UHGV virus genome: UHGV-0171332
DNA from: a virus
Direction: 5' to 3' (one strand)
DNA: 18,525 nucleotides
Positions within the stretch are counted from its first letter, which is position 1, and the number at the start of each line of letters is the position of its first letter. The notes below the pieces were generated by a model. The model was given only the letters and a program-made list of their open reading frames with translations, ran no database searches and had not been told where the DNA came from. Position numbers and translations under genes: made by a program. This document shows positions 1-7,400 of this stretch, piece by piece.

Positions 1-116
1 TTTATCAATCATTTTAAGAAAAATTTTTATTTTTTATTTCCAGGCAGGATGGTAAATAATCAAAAATGTGGAAAGGACAGAGAGAACAATGTTTTTAATA
101 TAGGAAGATTCTTAAA
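1..116 (+). promoter_or_regulatory. AT-rich upstream region of lom, probable promoter region
   Basis: Seen in sequence: strongly AT-rich leader with T-runs directly upstream of the lom start. No -35/-10 boxes were mapped, so the exact promoter is not assigned. Confidence 0.3.
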
Positions 117-854
117 ATGAAAAGTATCACAAAATTTCTTGTGTGCGCAACTCTGGGCTTAGGTGGATTAACTGCACAGGCACATGCTGCATCTGGTGAT
201 AGTACCGTATCCCTTGGATTCGCTCACCTTCAGCTATCCGGGCTGAATAATTTTGTTAAGGATTTAAGTCTTCATAACCTTGATACCTTTAACAATTTTG
301 TGAATGAAAACTATTTCAATTCACCTGGAGAATATGACGATGCGTTTGTCCGGGGCCATGATGGTAAAGAGAAAAGTCCCTTGGGAATGAACATTAAGTA
401 TCGTTATGAGATTACGGATGAGATCGGTGTTATAACCTCTTTTGCATGGGCTCGATCCATGACTAATGCACAGGCATTCATTGATGTTAAGCCTTCCGAT
501 CCATCACGAGAGGTAAAAAAACCGGCAGCTTCAGCGAGAACTGATATCAGGGCTAATTACTGGAGTCTACTATCCGGTCCTTCGTGGCGGTTTAATGAAT
601 ACCTCAGTGTGTATTCAATGGCAGGTGTTGCGGTTGCAAAAGTAACTTATGATTTGAAAGTTAACGACAATCTTAATGGTGGTGTAGGTAGTTTTTCTGA
701 AAGTAACAGCACCAAAAAAACGTCTATTGCATGGTCTGTCGGCGCGCAATTTAACTTCAATGAAAGTGTTACTATGGACGTCACTTATGAAAGCTCAGGC
801 TCTGGCGACTGGAAAACTGATGGTTTATTTGCAGGCATTGGCCTGAAATTCTGA
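117..854 (+). CDS. lom: Lom/Ail/PagC/Rck-family 8-strand outer-membrane beta-barrel protein (245 aa)
   Basis: N-terminal signal peptide ending AQAHA. Family-typical motifs STVSLGF, GMNIKYRYEITDEIGVITSF and C-terminal SGSGDWKTDGLFAGIGLKF with terminal Phe closely match my recollection of lambda Lom (recalled, not searched). It is about 40 aa longer than lambda Lom. Confidence 0.9.
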   Translation: MKSITKFLVCATLGLGGLTAQAHAASGDSTVSLGFAHLQLSGLNNFVKDLSLHNLDTFNNFVNENYFNSPGEYDDAFVRGHDGKEKSPLGMNIKYRYEITDEIGVITSFAWARSMTNAQAFIDVKPSDPSREVKKPAASARTDIRANYWSLLSGPSWRFNEYLSVYSMAGVAVAKVTYDLKVNDNLNGGVGSFSESNSTKKTSIAWSVGAQFNFNESVTMDVTYESSGSGDWKTDGLFAGIGLKF

Positions 855-876
855 GTAATACCCGACAACATGTCAT

Positions 877-902
877 AACCCGCTGTGATGGCGGGTTTTT
901 TG
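877..902 (+). terminator. Rho-independent terminator of lom
   Basis: Inverted repeat AACCCGC / GCGGGTT with a 7-nt loop, followed by a T5 run and TGTTG, 23 nt after the lom stop codon. Confidence 0.6.
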
Positions 903-1086
903 TTGCCCGTGCAGGGCAAAAATCGTAGATTATGCGCGGGTGTCTTTCGGCTGATGGCTGGAAGGTGAACCTGAAGGCCTGATGTGGAAAGGCCCCGAGT
1001 CAAACATTTTGTTTAACCCGAGGCCCTAACCATCATACCTTAAGCAAGTAGAAGGTTAGCGCCTCTCCACTCAGGAGGCAAGCGCT

Positions 1087-1227
1087 ATGTCGCAAAAATC
1101 GCTCATCACCGTCACAATTTGTATGACGGTAATCTTCACCATCTGGATGTTACACGGCTCGTTGTGTGAGTTCCGGCTGAATTTGTGGGGAGCGGAGTTT
1201 GCGGCGTTCTTACAGTGTAAGCAGTAG
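1087..1227 (+). CDS. Hok/Gef-family type I toxin-like small membrane protein (46 aa), not in the supplied ORF track
   Basis: ATG at 1087 preceded by AGGAGG (1073-1078). Translation is MSQKSLITVTICMTVIFTIWMLHGSLCEFRLNLWGAEFAAFLQCKQ: an N-terminal hydrophobic helix followed by the SLCE[FIV]R and E[FV]AAF motifs recalled from Hok, Gef/HokC and RelF/HokD. The SD lies inside a predicted stem (1058-1086). Confidence 0.6.
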   Translation: MSQKSLITVTICMTVIFTIWMLHGSLCEFRLNLWGAEFAAFLQCKQ

Positions 1228-1236
1228 GAAAACCGC

Positions 1237-1258
1237 GACGGGGACGAAAGTCCCCGTC
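1237..1258 (+). other. GC-rich stem-loop with GAAA tetraloop, 3' of the hok-like ORF (RNA structural element, no U-tract)
   Basis: Perfect 9-bp inverted repeat GACGGGGAC / GTCCCCGTC around a GAAA loop, 10 nt after the stop codon. It is not followed by a T-run, so it looks more like a stabilising or processing hairpin than a canonical intrinsic terminator. Confidence 0.4.
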
Positions 1259-1307
1259 AACTGGTTGCTGAGGTTCAGCCGATATGGCACCCGTTTCTGG
1301 TGAGAGA

Positions 1308-1685
1308 ATGGACGACAAAATTCTCCGGTATATGCAGCGTGTTGTGAGAAATTCCCGCAACCCTGAATTTATGAATGAAGTTAAAGACGCCTGCCTTAAA
1401 AAGCAGGCGTTTTGTTTTGAGGCACCTGATGGCTTTCTGGTGCTGCGTTCTGTGCTCAGTGCTGATGGTATCCCTTATGTTTTGGTGTTGCTGGGCGTGT
1501 GTACGGGGAGTAACAGCGTTGAGCGTTATCTGCCGGAGGTGAAGACATTAACCCGTCTGGCTGGCGGACGCTGGGCTGAATTTCATACGGCAAGACGGGG
1601 ATTTATCCGGCTGGGAAAACGTCTGGGCTTTGAGCGAATGCCGGATGATGAGGATGGCTTCATGGTGTTCAGGATAGCGGTCTGA
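1308..1685 (+). CDS. Hypothetical protein (125 aa; alternative start at 1284 gives 133 aa)
   Basis: Intact ORF. The ATG at 1308 has a purine-rich GGTGAGAGA stretch just upstream; the ATG at 1284 has GAGG further upstream. No motif recognised. It is bracketed by the 1237-1258 hairpin and the terminator at 1737-1760. Confidence 0.5.
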   Translation: MDDKILRYMQRVVRNSRNPEFMNEVKDACLKKQAFCFEAPDGFLVLRSVLSADGIPYVLVLLGVCTGSNSVERYLPEVKTLTRLAGGRWAEFHTARRGFIRLGKRLGFERMPDDEDGFMVFRIAV

Positions 1686-1736
1686 CTGCCACTGTATTCA
1701 TTATCGTGTGTAAACCAATTGCAATTCACATTCTGA

Positions 1737-1760
1737 CCCTGCCCCGGCAGGGTTTTTTGT
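1737..1760 (+). terminator. Rho-independent terminator
   Basis: CCCTGC / GCAGGG stem with a CCCG loop followed by TTTTTTGTT, about 50 nt after the stop of the 1308-1685 ORF and just before the 1777 start. Confidence 0.6.
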
Positions 1761-1776
1761 TATCCAGGGGGCCATA

Positions 1777-2433
1777 ATGGGCGGAAAAAAAGGCGGTGGT
1801 GATACCAAAGTAAAACCAACAGCAGCGCAAATAGCACAGGAAGAAGTGGCCTGGAAAGGGTGGCAGGATTATCAAAAAATCCTCCGCCCGGCTGAAGATA
1901 ACTTCATGGAAAAGGTCGATGACCTGAACAGTGAGCAGCAGTACGACAATATTGCTGGCACCACAAATCTGGGGTATCAGAAACAGTTTGGCGAAGCACG
2001 GAAGGAGCTGGCGGGTAATCTTGCTCAGTCCGGTGTTGACCCGTCCAGTGGTCGCTTTAACGCGGTAATGAATGCGAACCAGAGTGATCAGGTAACCGGG
2101 CAGATTGACACAACCACACGGGGGCAGGTATCGCAGGCAGATAAGTATGTTGCCGGGCTACAGGATGTTGCTGCTCTCGGTTCTGGTCAAAAGGCGGATG
2201 CGTTACAGAGTTTTAACTCGCTGGCAGACAGCAGTCTGGCAAAAGCTAAATCGGACGCACAGGCTGCGTTTACGAAACAGCAGGGGCGAGCCTCTCTTGT
2301 TGGCGCTGGTTTGGGTGCGGTAGGTGCATATGCGATGTATAAGGCTGGCGGTAGCGGAGGAAGTGGCGGTGCTAAAACACCTGGCACCGGCGCTAATGCC
2401 ATTCAGCATCAGGCTCAGAACTGGAGACTGTGA
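1777..2433 (+). CDS. Hypothetical protein (218 aa); Lys/Gly-rich N-terminus, Gln/Ala-rich middle, Gly/Ala hydrophobic segment plus Gly/Ser tail at the C-terminus
   Basis: Intact ORF, first gene of a tightly spaced co-oriented block, preceded by GGGGG. The segment ASLVGAGLGAVGAYAMY is a small-residue (glycine-zipper-like) hydrophobic stretch. No catalytic motif recognised. Confidence 0.6.
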   Translation: MGGKKGGGDTKVKPTAAQIAQEEVAWKGWQDYQKILRPAEDNFMEKVDDLNSEQQYDNIAGTTNLGYQKQFGEARKELAGNLAQSGVDPSSGRFNAVMNANQSDQVTGQIDTTTRGQVSQADKYVAGLQDVAALGSGQKADALQSFNSLADSSLAKAKSDAQAAFTKQQGRASLVGAGLGAVGAYAMYKAGGSGGSGGAKTPGTGANAIQHQAQNWRL

Positions 2434-2435
2434 TT

Positions 2436-2882
2436 ATGGAGTACGGTAAATACGAAACACTTGCGAGATACGGTTATACCGGAGCTGCCCGTCCACAGGG
2501 TGACTGGCAGACGTCAGCAGCGCTGACACGCCAACAATACGACGACTGGCGAACCAGATATTTGCCCCGCGTGGCAAGGCTGGCTGACCTTGGCGAGAAC
2601 AACAGCCTGATGAATGCACAGCTTGCCCGGGTGGGCGGCCTTGCCACTTCCAGTCTCCGTACAGCGCAGATGGCGCAGGATAACCAGATGGCGAGATACG
2701 GGGTAAGCCGCCCGGATAATCCCAACAGTAACACACTGGGTTTGCGTAATGCTCTGGCAATTGCTGGCGCGAAAAATGGTATCCGTGAAGCAGAGCAGGA
2801 TCGCCAGATGAACATACTGACGGGGGCTTCTGCACCTGCAAGACAACAACTGAGTGTTGGCGGAAAACTGGTGTCAGCGTAA
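2436..2882 (+). CDS. Hypothetical protein (148 aa; the ORF track starts it at GTG 2430, overlapping the upstream stop)
   Basis: ATG at 2436 with GGAGA 8-9 nt upstream; GTG at 2430 is the alternative. The stop of the upstream gene lies within 5 nt, suggesting translational coupling. Gln/Arg/Ala-rich, no recognised motif. Confidence 0.55.
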   Translation: MEYGKYETLARYGYTGAARPQGDWQTSAALTRQQYDDWRTRYLPRVARLADLGENNSLMNAQLARVGGLATSSLRTAQMAQDNQMARYGVSRPDNPNSNTLGLRNALAIAGAKNGIREAEQDRQMNILTGASAPARQQLSVGGKLVSA

Positions 2883-2891
2883 GGGGGCAAT

Positions 2892-3143
2892 ATGGGATAC
2901 GGTTTACTGGATATTGCGAATCAGTCGCGGCGTGAGGCATTACAGGGAATAAGTGATGCCGACAGACGACGTGAAGAAATTGAGGCCGCGAACAAACAGA
3001 TGGCGGCGCAACAGAAAGCGCAGAACAAACAGAATATCGGCACGGGAATTGGTACGGGTGCAGCTATGGGCGCTGCTGTTGGTGGTCTCCCCGGTGCGGC
3101 TATTGGTGCTGTCATAGGTGGTATTGCTGGTTCTTTGTTTTAA
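2892..3143 (+). CDS. Small protein (83 aa) with charged N-terminal half and C-terminal glycine-zipper transmembrane segment
   Basis: SD AAGGGGG 5 nt upstream of the ATG. The C-terminus GIGTGAAMGAAVGGLPGAAIGAVIGGIAGSLF is a repeated GxxxG/A small-residue hydrophobic segment typical of membrane-inserting helices. Confidence 0.6.
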   Translation: MGYGLLDIANQSRREALQGISDADRRREEIEAANKQMAAQQKAQNKQNIGTGIGTGAAMGAAVGGLPGAAIGAVIGGIAGSLF

Positions 3144-3153
3144 GGAGTGGTGA

Positions 3154-4419
3154 ATGAGCGGATTTGCACAGGGTTTACTTGCCGGATTCAGCACGGTTGA
3201 CCAGGCAATGACCCGTCGTAAGGAACTTGGTTTGCGAGAAGCACAGCTTGCTCAACAACAGAAAAATAACGAGCGCGATTTTGAATTTGCACAGTCGCAG
3301 TTTGAACATAATAAAGACGTTGATCAGCGGAACTTTGATTACAGAGCCAAAGTCGACGACCGTAATTATGCACTGCAGGAAAGGGAGTTTAACGCCAACC
3401 AGAATTACCGGAATGCGTCGCTGGGTATGGAGCAGCAGCGACTCCGGATGCAGAAATACAACCAGCGACGGCTTGAGTATAACGATATGCTGGCGCGCGA
3501 TCAGCCTGTGATGGCGGCGCTTGGAAAGGCTGTGGATGCTGGCGATCGGGATGCAGCAATGCGTCTTTACGGCCAGTTGTCAGAGGGTAATCCGCTGAGG
3601 CTGATGGCGAATGATGGCTATGTAGCGAAAGCGGGTCAGGCCGTGAACAACCTGCAAAAAATCTTTGATGACAAGCCAGACAGGGCTATCGCTTCACTTA
3701 ATACGCCGGAGAATCTTGATGTCCTTTCCGGGGTGTTTGGCCCGGAACTGCAACAGCGTATTGGCATGCCCGATTCAACCGGGAAAAAGACGATAAAAGA
3801 GGCCAGGATTGGCAGTATAGTACCGGCACAGCAGGAAGGGTACATACTTATCGGCCTTGATCTCACATACAGTGATGGCTCTACAGCACATAAACCCGTT
3901 ACGGAATACGGCAGTGCACATCCTGATGATCAAACCGTGCTGGCGGTGCCTGTTGATAAGGCTGTTGAGCTTGTCAGGGAACGCAGTAAATTCGCGGAAA
4001 TTTCGAAAAATTTCGGCTATTTCACGCCGAAGCAGCAGGGACTTTCTGCGGATCAACTTCAGAAAGGAGCCAGCCAGGTAGCGATAAAGGTTGCACAGGA
4101 CGGCGGTGATGCGCAGGGAGCAGTGACGCAATATTATGCTTCGATGGGACTGCCGCAGTATCAGCAGCAAATTCAGCAGCAAAAAATTCAACAAGGGATT
4201 ACCAGTTGGGCGGGTGATGATCCGGATAAGCAGGCATTTGCCAGAGAAGTGGCCTCCCGTCAGCCAGAAATGCTGGAGCCTCAGAATCAGAAATTGCTGG
4301 AACACGGGTATGCGAATTTTCTCCGTATTCAAAAGGCCAGGGAGGAACAGGCCAGGGATGATAGCGCGGCCTCTGCATCTGAGTTTATCCGTGGTCTGAA
4401 ACAGAATTACGCGCAGTAA
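3154..4419 (+). CDS. Hypothetical protein (421 aa), Gln/Asn/Arg-rich, probably coiled-coil rich
   Basis: SD AAGGAG upstream and the start lies 10 nt after the previous stop. The N-terminus has a GLLAGF small hydrophobic patch followed by long charged Q/R/E-rich stretches. No catalytic motif recognised. Confidence 0.6.
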   Translation: MSGFAQGLLAGFSTVDQAMTRRKELGLREAQLAQQQKNNERDFEFAQSQFEHNKDVDQRNFDYRAKVDDRNYALQEREFNANQNYRNASLGMEQQRLRMQKYNQRRLEYNDMLARDQPVMAALGKAVDAGDRDAAMRLYGQLSEGNPLRLMANDGYVAKAGQAVNNLQKIFDDKPDRAIASLNTPENLDVLSGVFGPELQQRIGMPDSTGKKTIKEARIGSIVPAQQEGYILIGLDLTYSDGSTAHKPVTEYGSAHPDDQTVLAVPVDKAVELVRERSKFAEISKNFGYFTPKQQGLSADQLQKGASQVAIKVAQDGGDAQGAVTQYYASMGLPQYQQQIQQQKIQQGITSWAGDDPDKQAFAREVASRQPEMLEPQNQKLLEHGYANFLRIQKAREEQARDDSAASASEFIRGLKQNYAQ

Positions 4420-4450
4420 TTCACCATTCCCGTTAATACTATTTCCTGAT

Positions 4451-4477
4451 ACCCGGTCATTGTGCCGGGTTTTTTTA
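4451..4477 (+). terminator. Terminator-like hairpin immediately upstream of the giant ORF RBS (possible attenuator)
   Basis: ACCCGG / CCGGGT stem with an 8-nt loop followed by T7, ending about 10 nt before the ATG at 4488. The GGAG Shine-Dalgarno sits right after the T-run. Confidence 0.45.
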
Positions 4478-4487
4478 TGGAGTCTGT

Positions 4488-7400
4488 ATGGCTTATTCCG
4501 ATGAACAGCGCCCTGAAGCGCAATTTGGCAACCAGAGCCGCAACAGCCTGAACATTCAGCAGCCGGGAGAGACTGACAGCTATGATGTGTTTTTCTCCGA
4601 TCCCAATCGCTGGAAGGACAACAGCACGTCGTTCAGCCTGGGCGATGTATTGCCAACTATGGGGAAAGGTGTCGCCCAGTCCGTCCGGGGGACAGGGGAA
4701 ATGGCCCGTGGACTCGGTGATGCGATGATTCAGAGCCCGGTAAAAACAGGGGTACGTATTTTAAATGAGTTCAGCCGTATGGGGCTGCCGGGAGTCGCAA
4801 CTGTTCAGGATATTTTTGTCGGTGGCAGCAAGGGGGCGGATGAGGTCATCGACACTCTGCCTGATGGAAAAAATGCGGTTACTGATACTGTCGGTAAAGG
4901 TCTGAAGGTCACAGGCAAGGCCGTCAGTGGCGGCGCTAAAGCCTCGGATGAATGGCTGACTGGCAAGATGTCGCCGGGGGCGCAGCGGGCGCTGAATACA
5001 CCGATGACTGAAGGATATGATGATTCAGCGGTCTGGGTAGCGAAAGGGGTTAACCTGATTGGTGCGCTTGTACCGGATATGGTTGCAGGCGGTGTGACTA
5101 AAAAGCTGGGTGATGTCACTCTGCGAAAAGTGCTGACCGCCGGGCTGGAGAAAAAATACATCGCGGCAGGGATGCAGCCGGAAAGAGCCACAGCACTGGC
5201 AGCCGAAGCTGTCGATAAAAAAATGCCGGATTTTTTCCAGGCAGGCCTGATCACCCATTCCACTGTCAGTGCGCAAGGGCGGAGTGCAATGGCAGCGGCA
5301 GATGCTGTTCTTAACGCGGATTATTCTGAGCTGGCGAAGTCACCGAAATTTCAGCAGACCTTTTTGTCAATTGATGCAGATCCGCAGCACGCGCAGCTTA
5401 CTGACCGCCAGAAAATGGACCTGGCAAAAGAGCGTGTTGCCGATGAGGTGCGTGCGCAGCTGGCAACCGATCCTGAATTGCTGGCTGTGAATGCCATGGC
5501 GGCAAAACTGGGCGATGCTCAGTTGCTTAATCTGGCGATGCGGGGCACGGCGAAGACCGTTAAAAGCGGCATTGTCAGAAATGCCACGGAACAGGGGACG
5601 ATTAATGCGGCGCAGGGTGGCTATTCACGCTATCAGGAAAACACGGCATTGCGTGAGACCGCCGGAATGGATGTGTCACCGTGGGAGGGCGTGGCTGACG
5701 CAACGATCGAAGGTGCAGCCCTTGGTGCTGCAATGGGGGCACCATTCGGTGCGGCTGCCGGATATCGTGGAAAACGTCAGGCGGCAGATGAAGCAGCCAT
5801 GCGTGAGGCTGAAAGCGTTCCTCAGGACGAATCGGCTCCGCAACCCGAACCGGTTGATCCGGTGGCACAGCATCGTGAATCTATGCAGGGGATGAATCGC
5901 GAGCAGCTTCTGGAACAGTATGCTGATGCGGATATGGCACATGAGGGAGACACGTCTGCCGTTCATCGCCGGGAAGCCGCCAGCCAGCTGTTGAATGAAC
6001 TGGATGAACAGGCGAAGCGACAGGCGGTGATGGATGAGCTGAAGGCGAAGCCGCGCCCTGAACTGCTTGAGGAATACCGAAAACTCAGCCAGAAGGAAGG
6101 GCGTACTGATACTGAAGAGCAGCAGTTACAGGCAATACGTGATGTGCTTCGCCCTCAGCGGGAGGCCAGACCGGAGGCACAGCCACAGCCGGAAAATGCG
6201 GATGATGGCGACGGGAGTATTTACCCGACGGTGCGGTTCCGCGATCCGGATGAAGTTCGTATTGAAATTAACGAGAGTGGTGCGTCCAGACCAGCAGAAC
6301 GCATTGAAAAGGTGCGTCCGGACAACCGTTATTTCACGGATGAAAAAAGTGCTCTGGGGAGCGACGTTTTCCGCAATGCCAGCGCCACCGGCCTGAAACC
6401 GTCCGTAGTGAAGAAAGGCGAGAATCAGTATGCCGTTGAAATGGATAATCCTGCGTTCTCTGAAGATGTGGCAACGGAGACCATTAACACTCTGGCTGAC
6501 GGAGAGCGTATTACTGATGCTGATCCGATGGAACAGCCCGCGTTCATGCGTGACCCGCGATTCCGTGGTTTTACGGGGGATGATACAGAAGTGCAGGCCC
6601 GTCTTGCTCGTGGCAACGCGCCGACGGCGGAAGAACTGGTGCGTTCCCAGATGGCTGAAGGTGATGCCGGTCCGACAGCACAGGAGTTAACTGAGCGTCC
6701 ACGCCTTCCCGCTCCCGGCGATATTCATCCCGGACAGGGATATCCGTTACCAGGAGAAGTAGCGCGTACGCCGGATGAAAATCAGGCCGGACGTGGTGGT
6801 CGTTTTACCACAACCGGTGAGGTGAAGGGCCAGAGTTTCCAGAAAGGACGTGCGCAGGCACCGGAAAATGCCGCTGGTCGCCAGGGGGAAATACTGGAGG
6901 GCGAAACAGTTCGTCGTGGTCTGCCGTCACCGGATGAGCAGAACGCCACAGCACCAGTGCGTGAAGGTCTTCCTGCACCTGAAAGTCAGCGTGGGGTTGA
7001 TATGCCACAGCCTGAATCACTCCCTCGTATGGTTCGTGACTCCCTTCCGGAACTGGCACAGCAGGCAGAAGCACGCAGACAGACCGGGGATAATCGCCAG
7101 ACCATAACCGATGTTCCGGATACTGAGGTGCCGGTGCCGGTAGATAAACCGAGCACTCACCAGCAGGCGCGTGGTGCGAAAATTGAAGACTTTGGCGAGG
7201 AGATTAAGGGCGCGGCAAAACACCGTTATGCGCAGCTTGCTGAAGCTATGGGTAAAACGCTGGAGGATGGGGAGTACGCGACACAACCACTGAGCAAACT
7301 GTTTCCAAAGCCGGATTATGCCCGTCTGGAAAAAGAAGGTGTGGATAGTGACACGCTGGCAATGATGGCGTTGTATCGCAGTGAAATTCCCACCAGAACA

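Noticed and set aside
785-1360. Minus-strand ORFs 785-1003 and 1136-1360
   Set aside because: They span the lom terminator and the hok-like locus respectively, have no RBS, and conflict with the better-supported plus-strand features.
2105-2940. Several overlapping ORFs on both strands (2105-2323 plus strand; 2187-2402, 2203-2409, 2434-2940, 2474-2890 and 2514-2849 minus strand)
   Set aside because: They are shadow frames inside the well-supported plus-strand genes at 1777-2433 and 2436-2882, with no independent RBS and arbitrary composition.
3775-4332. Minus-strand 185-aa ORF antisense to the 421-aa gene
   Set aside because: Entirely inside the 3154-4419 gene on the opposite strand; low-complexity Leu/Arg-rich translation typical of antisense frames.
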